This document shows positions 9,585 through 18,361 of a DNA stretch of 64,000 nucleotides, piece after piece. The translations under genes and the position numbers were made by a program. The stretch is from Bacteroidales bacterium (GTDB taxonomy: Bacteria; Bacteroidota; Bacteroidia; Bacteroidales; UBA7960), in NCBI GenBank assembly GCA_041687035.1, contig JAWLCS010000002.1, positions 22,738-86,737 on the forward strand, written 5' to 3'. Under the pieces are notes generated by a model. It was not told the origin of the DNA. It searched no databases and saw only the letters and a program-made list of their open reading frames with translations. Position 1 is the stretch's first letter; the number at the start of each line of letters is the position of its first letter.

Positions 9585-12044
9585 ATGAGCCTGAACAAAA
9601 ACCTGCAGAACCATGCGGGCATCCGCATATTTCTGCTTTTCTTTTTTTTCATTTTTCCGCTTTATCTTATCGCCGATGGCCATAGTGTGGCAGGCAGGGT
9701 CATCGACTTGCAGACACGTGAACCGCTCGCATTTGTAAATATTGTAATTGACGGTACACGACAGGGAGGAGTCAGCGACATTGACGGATTTTTCCATCTT
9801 ACGCATTCTCAGCCCATCGAAAGGATAATACTCTCTTACGTGGGCTACTATCAGCTGGTTTACATAGTTGACCCCGGCAAGGAGCTGCAGTTGATTGAAA
9901 TGCAACGCAAGCCCATTGAGCTGGCTGTGGTAGAGGTGTTTCCGGGCGAAAACCCCGCCCACCGGATCATTGAAAACGCCATTGCCAACCGGGACTTAAA
10001 TAATCCGGAGAAGATGGGTTCTTTTTCTTATGAATCATACAACAAATTTGTTTTTACAGGCCAGTTTGACCCTGAAGTGGCGGGAACACCTTCACCGGCA
10101 TTGGCAGACACAATAACTGGCAGGCTGATTGAATATCTCGAACAGCGCCATTTTATGATCATGGAAACAGTAACCGAAAGACGTTTCCGCTATCCAGGCC
10201 GCAATAATGAAACCGTACTGGCCTCGCGCATCTCAGGCTTTAAAAACCCTATGCTGGCAATAATCGCTACCCAATTTCAGTCTTTTTCTTTTTATGAGGA
10301 TTATATCTCCATATCCGGGAGCGACTACCTGAGCCCGCTGAGCCCCGGCAGCACTAACCGGTATTTCTTCCTGCTTGAAGACACAACTTATACCAAAACC
10401 GATTCGGTGTTCATTATTTCTTTCAGGCCGGGGCGCGGCCGCAACTTTGAAGGGCTGAAAGGGGTTTTGTATATCAACACCAATGGTTGGGCAGTGCAAA
10501 ATGTAATTGCCGAACCGGCCAGACAACAAGAAAAGTCGAGGGTAAAAATTCAGCAGATGTACGAACGGATTGATGACCGGAGCTGGTTCCCTACCCAGCT
10601 TAATACGGATGTGGAAATTTTGAATGTTCCCAATATTAACCATTTTAAACTGCTGGGCCTGGGGCGCACCTACCTTCGAAACATTAAGCTGGAACCGAAC
10701 CTTTCCCGGCGAGATTTTTCATCTTATGCGTTGGAGTTTTCGCCAAACACCATTGTTCGCGATCCGGTTTTCTGGAACAGTCATCGCACTGACAGCCTTA
10801 GCATACAAGAAGAAAACACATTTGAATACCTCGACAGCATTAGCAGAAAGCAGAACCTGGATCGCCGCATCGATCGATTTGAAGCCTTAATGAACGGCGC
10901 CTGGAGAAGAGGTGTTTTTGACATTGAACGTAAACACCTGGTTGGTTACAACGACCAGGAAGGCTGGCGCCTGGGCTTTGGTTTGAGCACCAACAACAAC
11001 CTTTCCAGGCGCTTCAGCGTGCACGGTAACTTTGGTTATGGTATCAAAAGCGAAACCTTCCGTTACGGCTGGGGCGGAGAAGTGCTGCTCGACAGGCTTT
11101 CGAACCTCCGTTTTGGATATGATTTTTACTGGGATTTTCTGGAGCGGGGCGGATCGAAATTTCTTGAAAACCCCTCCTTCCTTAGCCCTTACAATATCCG
11201 GTCGTTCTTTTTACGCGACATGGACATGCTCGAACGACACCGCGTTTGGCTGGGTTTCAGAACCTTAAGAAACTACCTTAGCCTGCGGTTTTATGCAAGC
11301 GACGACAAACAAACAACAAACCCGAACTATCTGTTCCTGCCCCTTGCTTTTGATGAAAGGCTACCGGCCAATAGTTTCCATTTTTTTGAAACCGGCCTGA
11401 TGATGCGCCTGGCCTATGGGGAGCAATTTATCCTGACCCCCACCCGCATTATGGCATTTGGCCGCGACTTCCCAATTTGGTATTTCAACCTTTCAAAAGG
11501 ATGGGATGGGGTTTACCGGGGCCGTCATAACTACTGGCGCGCTGAGATGAAACTTGAAAAGCGATTTCGCATAAAAATGGCAGGCACACAGCAATGGGTT
11601 CTGCAGGCAGGTTTTGTGCAGGGAGAAGTGCCCTGGCCCAAACTATTTACGGGGCAGGCAACCTACCGCCGGTTTGTCGTTTCGGCCCCGCAAAGTTTTG
11701 CCACCATGCGTATGGCTGAGTTTGTGTCGGATCGATACGTTAATTTATTCTTTTACCACAATTTCGAAAAACTTTTTTTTAATCGGGAGGGGTTTTCGCC
11801 CGGCCTGGTGCTGCTCACAAATATTGGCTTTGGTTCGCTCAGCAAACCCGAGCTTCATTTGGGTTACAACCTGAAAAGCATGAAAAAAGGCTATTTCGAA
11901 TCAGGCTTTGCCATTACCGACCTTTTAGGATCGGGCCTCACCGGTATGGGCATTGAGTTTATGTACCGTTACGGGCCCTATGCCTTCCCCGATTTTAAAG
12001 ACAACTTCTCGCTTAGGCTCAGTTATTCGATTTTGTTCAGATAG
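9585..12044 (+). CDS. Outer-membrane protein with carboxypeptidase-regulatory-like N-domain (DUF5686-type)
   Basis: Signal peptide; G.VID..T.EPL.FVNI...SYVGY N-domain; YNDQEGWRLG and beta-barrel-like C-terminal part. Confidence 0.8.
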   Translation: MSLNKNLQNHAGIRIFLLFFFFIFPLYLIADGHSVAGRVIDLQTREPLAFVNIVIDGTRQGGVSDIDGFFHLTHSQPIERIILSYVGYYQLVYIVDPGKELQLIEMQRKPIELAVVEVFPGENPAHRIIENAIANRDLNNPEKMGSFSYESYNKFVFTGQFDPEVAGTPSPALADTITGRLIEYLEQRHFMIMETVTERRFRYPGRNNETVLASRISGFKNPMLAIIATQFQSFSFYEDYISISGSDYLSPLSPGSTNRYFFLLEDTTYTKTDSVFIISFRPGRGRNFEGLKGVLYINTNGWAVQNVIAEPARQQEKSRVKIQQMYERIDDRSWFPTQLNTDVEILNVPNINHFKLLGLGRTYLRNIKLEPNLSRRDFSSYALEFSPNTIVRDPVFWNSHRTDSLSIQEENTFEYLDSISRKQNLDRRIDRFEALMNGAWRRGVFDIERKHLVGYNDQEGWRLGFGLSTNNNLSRRFSVHGNFGYGIKSETFRYGWGGEVLLDRLSNLRFGYDFYWDFLERGGSKFLENPSFLSPYNIRSFFLRDMDMLERHRVWLGFRTLRNYLSLRFYASDDKQTTNPNYLFLPLAFDERLPANSFHFFETGLMMRLAYGEQFILTPTRIMAFGRDFPIWYFNLSKGWDGVYRGRHNYWRAEMKLEKRFRIKMAGTQQWVLQAGFVQGEVPWPKLFTGQATYRRFVVSAPQSFATMRMAEFVSDRYVNLFFYHNFEKLFFNREGFSPGLVLLTNIGFGSLSKPELHLGYNLKSMKKGYFESGFAITDLLGSGLTGMGIEFMYRYGPYAFPDFKDNFSLRLSYSILFR

Positions 12045-12053
12045 GAAAAACAG

Positions 12054-12176
12054 GGATCAGGGTTTAGAGATTAGTGTTAAGGTATTAGTGCAAAACACTT
12101 GTTGCCAACCAAATATTTGATTAACTTTCTGACTTCCGACACTTCGACTTTCAGCCTTTCCGACCTTCGGACTGAC
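12054..12176. repeat. Two degenerate heptamer tandem arrays between convergent genes
   Basis: GGATCAG GGTTTAG AGATTAG TGTTAAG GTATTAG; then TTCTGAC TTCCGAC aCTTCGAC TTTCAGC ctTTCCGAC cTTCGGAC. Confidence 0.7.
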
Positions 12177-12634
12177 TACTTATTCTCGTCAGCGAACCAT
12201 TCAGCATAGGATGTGGCCGTTTCGTGCAGGCGCAGGGCTTGCAAGCTTACATTGCCGGGCAGAAGGGCTTTGATGCGGGCAGCAAAATCGACAATCATGT
12301 TTTCACAGGTGGGCTGATAAGGCAAGGCCACCACCCGTCCAAACATCTGGTTGGTTTCGGCCAGCTCCTTGTGTGGCGTATTGGCATTTACCATCAAGGC
12401 ATGATCGAGCGGACCGATGATGGCATCATTGACGATTTTTTTCAGCTGTGAAAAATCCATGACCATACCATGTTTCGGGTCCATAGGGTCGCTAACGGGA
12501 CTTCCCTTAATGGTAACATGTAAAATGTAGCTGTGGCCGTGTATGTTTTTGCAAAGGCCATCATAGTTCCAGAGAGCGTGGGCCGCTTCGAAGCGAAACT
12601 CTTTGGTAATGCGTATTACAGGTAATCTTTCCAT
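12176..12634 (-). CDS. queD: 6-carboxytetrahydropterin synthase
   Basis: FEAAH, CKNIHGHSY, PTCEN and ETAT motifs. Confidence 0.92.
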   Translation of the reverse strand: MERLPVIRITKEFRFEAAHALWNYDGLCKNIHGHSYILHVTIKGSPVSDPMDPKHGMVMDFSQLKKIVNDAIIGPLDHALMVNANTPHKELAETNQMFGRVVALPYQPTCENMIVDFAARIKALLPGNVSLQALRLHETATSYAEWFADENK

Positions 12635-12655
12635 GAAAATGGATTAGGCTTTAGG

Positions 12656-13093
12656 TTAAATTTTTACGGTGTAAGAATAGGTTTGGGGCTTTTTGCCTTC
12701 CGGTTTTTTTTCGCCGGAAGGCTTATCCGTTTTTGTTTTAGGGGTGTAAACCATATTCATTTTGGCGGGCTTTGGCTTTCGCGGAAGCCTGAAGGGAATT
12801 TTCATACGTGAGTTGCTGGTAACGCGCACCCCTCGGTTTTTAACGGCTTCGTATTTGAGCAGGCCAATCAGCCGCAGGGCTTCTTCGTCGCAGCCATAGC
12901 CAATGCCATGCTCCACCACCGCATCGAAAACCTCGCCCAGGCCCGAAACCTTGTATTTAACGATCACGTCGCCTTCCACCTTGTTTTCGAGCGCCTGATG
13001 GGGGTACTGCAAGTTTTCCCTGATAAACTTTTTCATTACTTCCTTGCCCCCATCGAGCCGGGGCATGTTCAGGAATTTCTTTTTCTTTTCCAT
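12656..13093 (-). CDS. Stand-alone TonB C-terminal domain protein
   Basis: MP..GG...FI.ENLQYP..A.ENKVEG.V...GIGYGCDEEALR; no TM anchor. Confidence 0.85.
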   Translation of the reverse strand: MEKKKKFLNMPRLDGGKEVMKKFIRENLQYPHQALENKVEGDVIVKYKVSGLGEVFDAVVEHGIGYGCDEEALRLIGLLKYEAVKNRGVRVTSNSRMKIPFRLPRKPKPAKMNMVYTPKTKTDKPSGEKKPEGKKPQTYSYTVKI

Positions 13094-13143
13094 CAGAATA
13101 AAATTAATCAAAATCCCCTATACTGCAACCTTTCAAAAGGCAT

Positions 13144-13180
13144 AAAAAAAGGCTGTCTCAAGCATGGAGATGAGACAGCC
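13144..13180 (-). terminator. Terminator downstream of the 13204-13800 lipoprotein
   Basis: AGGCTGTCTCA...TGAGACAGCCT stem with an A run on the + strand side. Confidence 0.8.
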
Positions 13181-13203
13181 TGCTTTGTGTACCGGCAAAT
13201 ATG

Positions 13204-13800
13204 CTATTCTACCGTAATGGGATTGGTCAGGTCGAAGGCAGCTTCGAAGCGAAGAACGCCCCCACGGGTAAGCCTGTAGGTCAGTTTTGAGAAATCTTCG
13301 GCAATTTCAACAGTCCACTCGTTGGTGCATGCATAAGGAATCAGTTCGCAGGTGTACTCGTCGGCCGGGAAGTACTGCACAAAAGGAGTGCCCTGATCGG
13401 TGGCATATCCTCCGTACATGGTCACTTCGTCGGGGGTGCCGTCTTCGTGGCGGTGGTCGTGGCGGAAACGCAGCTTGCCGTCCTCCACCAGGAACATCCA
13501 GGTGCGTGAGTGGTCTTCCGAAAGATGGAATGGGATGTGTACCCGGTCATTCTCGCAAACAGTCACATGCATTACAAAGTCGAGGTGACTCCAGCTTTCG
13601 CTGCTTTCAATCATATACACCTCTTCGCCGGCAAACGACTGCCCGCAAAGGCTGGCCAGGTTGTTGAAAAAGGCTTGCTGATTGGCATCAAGCAAAAGTT
13701 CCTGGGTAAGCACTTCGGCTTCTTCGGCCGCTTGCTGACGCGGGCCACATGCTGCTGCCAGCAATGCAATGGCTAACATTGGTAAAAGTTTTCTGATCAT
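13204..13800 (-). CDS. Conserved hypothetical lipoprotein
   Basis: Lipobox LAAAC; SRTW and HDHRHEDG..D.VTMYGG motifs; own terminator. Confidence 0.8.
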   Translation of the reverse strand: MIRKLLPMLAIALLAAACGPRQQAAEEAEVLTQELLLDANQQAFFNNLASLCGQSFAGEEVYMIESSESWSHLDFVMHVTVCENDRVHIPFHLSEDHSRTWMFLVEDGKLRFRHDHRHEDGTPDEVTMYGGYATDQGTPFVQYFPADEYTCELIPYACTNEWTVEIAEDFSKLTYRLTRGGVLRFEAAFDLTNPITVE

Positions 13801-14000
13801 TGTTTTGGTTTTAATGAGTAATTATGACGAATCAACAAAAGTTTTTAGAGGATGCAGGAACAAAGATAACAAATCGGCATAAACTGCCCCGATCTTTTTT
13901 TGCAACTTGCAGTCTTTGTTTATTTTACAAAAAATCGGCAGGGTTTGGGAAATCTGTTATTTTTGCAAACTCAACATGTAAACCATAACCATTAATATTT

Positions 14001-15647
14001 ATGAGAAAATTCCGTTTCCTAACCGCTTTACTTGTTTTAACCCTTTTTGCAGGATTTAGCCACAGGGCAAATTCCTGCACCAACGTGCTGGTATCGCGCG
14101 GTGCCAGCGCCGATGGCAGCGTAATGATCAGCTACCTCGCCGATGCCGGTGGCTTTATGGATCCTCTGTATTTTAAGCCGGCCATGCAACATGCCCCCGG
14201 CGACTCCATCGAAATTTATGAATGGGATACCGGCAAGCTTCTGGGTCGTATCCCACAGGTGCTCAACACCTACAAGGTAATCGGCAACATGAACGAGCAT
14301 CAAGTAGTTATTGGCGAAACCACTTTCACCGGCCGTCGTGAGCTTACCACCCCAAACGGTATTCTCGACTATGGCAGTCTGATGTATCTGGCCCTGCAAC
14401 GTGCAAAGACCGCCCGCGAAGCCATCAAGATCATTACTGACCTGGTGGATGAATTCGGCTACGCCAGCACCGGCGAGTCTTTTTCCATTGGCGACAAGGA
14501 CGAAGCCTGGGTACTTGAATTGATTGGGAAAGGAGAATATGGCAAAGGCGCCGTTTGGGTAGCTGCCCGCGTGCCCGAAGGCTATATTGCCGCCCATGCC
14601 AACATGGCGCGCATCCGTAAGATCGACTGGAACGATACCCAAAACTGGATTTGGAGCAAGGATGTGGTCGACTTTGCCCGCGAACAGGGCTGGTATAGCG
14701 GCCGCGACCGCGACTTCAACTTTGCCGACACCTACAACCCGGCCAGCTGCCGCTCGTTGCTGTTTTGCGAAGGCCGTGTGTGGAGTGTTTACCGCAGGGC
14801 TGCACCCTCGCAGAATTTCTCCGACGAGTTCTGGCGTTGCGTCGAAGGCGCCGAAGCATATCCCCTGTTCATTAAGCCCGACCAGAAATTAACCATTCAG
14901 GATGCAATGGGTCTGGTGCGCGACCATTTCCAGGATACTCCATACGATCTTACCAAAAGCGTGGCTGCCGGCCCACATGGTTTACCCTACCGCTGGCGCC
15001 CGCTTACCTTCAAACTTGAAGGCGACGACACTGACTATGGTTACGAAAGACCCATTTCGCAACAGCAAACCGGATTTTCATTCGTTTCGCAGAGCCGCAA
15101 CTGGCTCCCCAACGATATTGGCGGCATTTTCTGGTATGGTGTGGACGACACCTACTCTACCTGCTACATGCCGCTTTATATGGGCATGGAAAAAGCACCC
15201 GTTAGCCTCACCACCGGCGACATTAACCAGTTCGACTGGGATTCAGCGTTCTGGGTATTTAACCTGGTAGCCAATTATGCTTATGGCCTTTATGAATACA
15301 TGATTGTTGACATTCAGAAAGTGCAGAAAGAGCTGGAAGACCGCTCGGTGGCCATGACCAAAGCCGTAGACCAGGGCGCCCTGTTTCTGAAAGACCAGCC
15401 TGAGCTGATGCGCAACTACCTGACCGACTTCTCGGTAAATAACTCAGAATACGTTGTGCAGCGCTGGCGCGAACTGGGCTACTACCTGTTTACCAAATAC
15501 AACGACCGCTACATAAATGATGTGGGCGGGCCAAGGCCCTACCCGCGCGGCGTTGGCTACCCCGAATGGTTTAACCGAAGAGCTGTTGAAGAACGCCCCG
15601 GGTATTATGATATCAGGTGGCGCAAGCCCGGCGAACCAACGCATTAA
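14001..15647 (+). CDS. C69 family dipeptidase
   Basis: Signal peptide then N-terminal nucleophile CT; NMNEHQV.IGETT and HAN.ARI motifs. Confidence 0.92.
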   Translation: MRKFRFLTALLVLTLFAGFSHRANSCTNVLVSRGASADGSVMISYLADAGGFMDPLYFKPAMQHAPGDSIEIYEWDTGKLLGRIPQVLNTYKVIGNMNEHQVVIGETTFTGRRELTTPNGILDYGSLMYLALQRAKTAREAIKIITDLVDEFGYASTGESFSIGDKDEAWVLELIGKGEYGKGAVWVAARVPEGYIAAHANMARIRKIDWNDTQNWIWSKDVVDFAREQGWYSGRDRDFNFADTYNPASCRSLLFCEGRVWSVYRRAAPSQNFSDEFWRCVEGAEAYPLFIKPDQKLTIQDAMGLVRDHFQDTPYDLTKSVAAGPHGLPYRWRPLTFKLEGDDTDYGYERPISQQQTGFSFVSQSRNWLPNDIGGIFWYGVDDTYSTCYMPLYMGMEKAPVSLTTGDINQFDWDSAFWVFNLVANYAYGLYEYMIVDIQKVQKELEDRSVAMTKAVDQGALFLKDQPELMRNYLTDFSVNNSEYVVQRWRELGYYLFTKYNDRYINDVGGPRPYPRGVGYPEWFNRRAVEERPGYYDIRWRKPGEPTH

Positions 15648-15669
15648 CCAATATCTTTACAGAACACTA

Positions 15670-15698
15670 AAGGCCGTCTAAACCACGGCCTTTTTTTT
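15670..15698 (+). terminator. Intrinsic terminator
   Basis: AAGGCCGT-ctaaacc-ACGGCCTT followed by a T run. Confidence 0.85.
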
Positions 15699-15723
15699 GA
15701 TCCTCCAAGCCTTCAGAAGTAAC

Positions 15724-15751
15724 TTCGGACTTCCGACTTCCAGCTTCCGAC
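15724..15751. repeat. Heptamer tandem array
   Basis: TTCGGAC TTCCGAC TTCCAGC TTCCGAC, immediately before TAAGTTTG (15759-15766). Confidence 0.75.
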
Positions 15752-15775
15752 TTTTTCGTAAGTTTGCCTGATATT

Positions 15776-17506
15776 ATGCACCTCATGGCCAGCCCTTCTC
15801 TTTTAAAAGTCGAAAACCTTTCGGTAGAATTTTCTACCGATGATGGTTTGGTAAAGGCCGTTCAAAACGTGAGCTTTGACCTGATTCGTGGCCAAACCCT
15901 GGGGATTGTGGGTGAATCAGGTTCGGGAAAATCGGTCACCGCCCTGGCCATAATGGGCTTGTTAAGCAAATCGAATGCCCGGATCACATCAGGCCATGTC
16001 TGGTTCGAACACCCCGACCTTGGCCGCACCGACCTTTTGCAACTCAACGAAGAACAAATGCAAAGTGTCAGGGGCCGCCACATGGGCATGATCTTCCAGG
16101 AACCCATGACCTCGCTCAACCCCGTGAAGCGCTGCGGAGACCAAGTGGAAGAAGTGCTGCTCTGGCACCGGCAGGCTAAACCCAGCGAAGCCAGGCGCAG
16201 GGTGCTCAAGCTTTTCGAAGAAGTTAAACTGCCGCAACCCCAGAGGATCTTAAAGGCCTATCCCCATCAGCTTTCGGGCGGGCAGCGGCAACGGGTAATG
16301 ATTGCCATGGCCATGGCCTGCAACCCACTGCTGCTGATTGCCGACGAGCCCACCACCGCCCTGGATGTAACCGTTCAGAACAGCATCCTTGACCTTATGC
16401 AGCAGCTGCAGCAAAGCCACGGTATGTCGGTAATTTTTATTACACACGAGCTCGGGGTGGTTTCGCGCATTGCCAGCCAGGCAGCAGTCATGCTCAAGGG
16501 CAGCATGGTGGAGTATGGCGAAACCGCCAAGATTTTTCAGCAAGCCGCCAACCCCTACACCAGGGCCCTGATTGCCTGCCGCCCCGGCACTTCGAGCCGG
16601 CCACTGCGCCTGCCGGTGGTATCCGACTTTTTGCCGGAAGGTTCTTCTGGCCCGCAAATAATCACAGAGGCGTTCACAGACAGGCAAAAACGTCACCAGC
16701 GTATTTACGCGCAAAACCCTATCCTGGAAATTAAATCGCTAAAAACCAGCTTTGTAACCAAACGGAATTTTTTTGGACGACCTTTGCAGCATCATGATGC
16801 CGTTGACAATATCAGCTTTTCGGTTTACCAGGGCGAGACCCTTGGACTGGTGGGCGAGTCGGGCTGCGGAAAAACTACGCTTGGACGCAGCATCATGAGG
16901 TTGGTTGAACCCTCAGGTGGGCAGGTCATTTACAAAGGCACAGACTTGTCTTCGCTTTCCGTTTCAGCGCTAAAGAAATTCCGCCCCCGCCTTCAGATCA
17001 TATTCCAAGATCCTTATTCGTCGCTTACCCCTGGCATACCCATTGGCAAGGCCATAATAGAGCCCATGCAGGTGCACGGCATACTGGAAAACAACCAGCA
17101 ACGCAAGAAAAGAGTGCTGGATCTGCTCGAAAGGGTGGGGTTGAAAGAAAATCACTTCCACCGCTATCCCCACGAATTTTCGGGCGGACAGCGCCAGCGC
17201 ATTGCCATTGCCAGGGCACTTGCCCTGCAACCCGAATTCCTCATTTGCGACGAATCGGTGTCGGCCCTGGATGTGTCGGTGCAGGCCCAGGTGCTCAACC
17301 TGTTGAATGAATTAAAGGAAGATTTTGGCCTGACTTATATATTCATTTCGCACGACCTCTCGGTGGTAAAATACATGGCCGACCGCATCATTGTTATGAA
17401 AAACGGACAAATGGTTGAGATGGCCGAAGCCGACACCCTTTATCAAAACCCCTCACAGAATTACACCCGCACCCTCATCAACTCCATACCTGAAACCCTG
17501 GCCTAA
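15776..17506 (+). CDS. Oligopeptide/dipeptide ABC transporter ATP-binding protein (fused DppD/DppF)
   Basis: Two Walker A motifs ([16 protein letters not shown]); YPHQLSGGQ and YPHEFSGGQ; start uncertain (15764/15776/15785). Confidence 0.92.
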   Translation: MHLMASPSLLKVENLSVEFSTDDGLVKAVQNVSFDLIRGQTLGIVGESGSGKSVTALAIMGLLSKSNARITSGHVWFEHPDLGRTDLLQLNEEQMQSVRGRHMGMIFQEPMTSLNPVKRCGDQVEEVLLWHRQAKPSEARRRVLKLFEEVKLPQPQRILKAYPHQLSGGQRQRVMIAMAMACNPLLLIADEPTTALDVTVQNSILDLMQQLQQSHGMSVIFITHELGVVSRIASQAAVMLKGSMVEYGETAKIFQQAANPYTRALIACRPGTSSRPLRLPVVSDFLPEGSSGPQIITEAFTDRQKRHQRIYAQNPILEIKSLKTSFVTKRNFFGRPLQHHDAVDNISFSVYQGETLGLVGESGCGKTTLGRSIMRLVEPSGGQVIYKGTDLSSLSVSALKKFRPRLQIIFQDPYSSLTPGIPIGKAIIEPMQVHGILENNQQRKKRVLDLLERVGLKENHFHRYPHEFSGGQRQRIAIARALALQPEFLICDESVSALDVSVQAQVLNLLNELKEDFGLTYIFISHDLSVVKYMADRIIVMKNGQMVEMAEADTLYQNPSQNYTRTLINSIPETLA

Positions 17507-17632
17507 AAGGGCCTGGTTTTTCCCCGAAAGGGGGTAGAAAAAACACATAGGTTATTAGCACGGGTAAAAAACCACGTATTTTACCTGTATAATTAGGGTA
17601 TTTACCATATTGGGGCCCTATGCACCCGGACG

Positions 17633-17640
17633 TAAATTTG
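17633..17640 (+). promoter_or_regulatory. Bacteroidota -7 promoter element
   Basis: TAAATTTG matches TAnnTTTG, upstream of two small ORFs. Confidence 0.55.
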
Positions 17641-17768
17641 TTTCAATTCATGAAATAAATTAAAGTGCGTAATTACATGCAACATCTTTTACTCTGAAGA
17701 TGAAATTTTGCAGCACCCTGCTGACCTCCCCCCGCTGGCCGGTTGCTAAAAAAAATTATCGACAAATT

Positions 17769-17975
17769 ATGAAATCTCCCAAAAAATCATCAAACCCTAA
17801 AAAGAGTATTGATATGCTGTCCGACAAAGAACTGAAGTACCTCGAGGATCTCGAGAAGAACAAAGATGTGATCTATTTATTAAACACCCGCGAGTGCGAG
17901 CTCATTGCGCGGCTTATCAGAAGTTACAAGGAAATAAAACGCCAGCTTACGGCGATTCAAATCAACAAGGAGTAA
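17769..17975 (+). CDS. Small hypothetical helical protein (68 aa or shorter)
   Basis: ATG after an A-rich leader; plausible codon usage; no family recognised. Confidence 0.6.
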   Translation: MKSPKKSSNPKKSIDMLSDKELKYLEDLEKNKDVIYLLNTRECELIARLIRSYKEIKRQLTAIQINKE

Positions 17976-18006
17976 TAGGTGGTCGAAATCATGTAAACCA
18001 ACGCAG

Positions 18007-18225
18007 ATGACCTATAAAGACATCATCCTTAAACTGCTTAAGAGCAGGGAGGACCTGATCTGTATCGAGGACCACCTGATGAATGATTTCAGAGAAAACG
18101 GCAATACGGCAATTAGTTTTTCGGACTGGTGTTCCAAAAACCAGATTGTTTGCCGCAGGGTTCACGAAGAAAAGCCTCCCAAGCTCCACCTGAAAAGGTC
18201 GGGCATGTTAATGAACATGACCTGA
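18007..18225 (+). CDS. Small hypothetical protein (72 aa)
   Basis: Co-oriented ORF 31 nt after the previous stop; no family recognised. Confidence 0.6.
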   Translation: MTYKDIILKLLKSREDLICIEDHLMNDFRENGNTAISFSDWCSKNQIVCRRVHEEKPPKLHLKRSGMLMNMT

Positions 18226-18305
18226 GCAGCGCAAAAAAATTAAAACGTATTGATTGATCCGGCAGCGTTCCGGACAATTGCCTCCCCTCCTCCCCGAGAA
18301 AAACA

Positions 18306-18340
18306 AAGCCACCCGGAAAATCCAGGTGGCTTTTTCTTTT
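18306..18340. terminator. Bidirectional terminator
   Basis: AAAGCCACC-cggaaaatcca-GGTGGCTTT with A/T tails between convergent genes. Confidence 0.8.
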
Positions 18341-18361
18341 TAAAGCAATACCTAATTTTTA

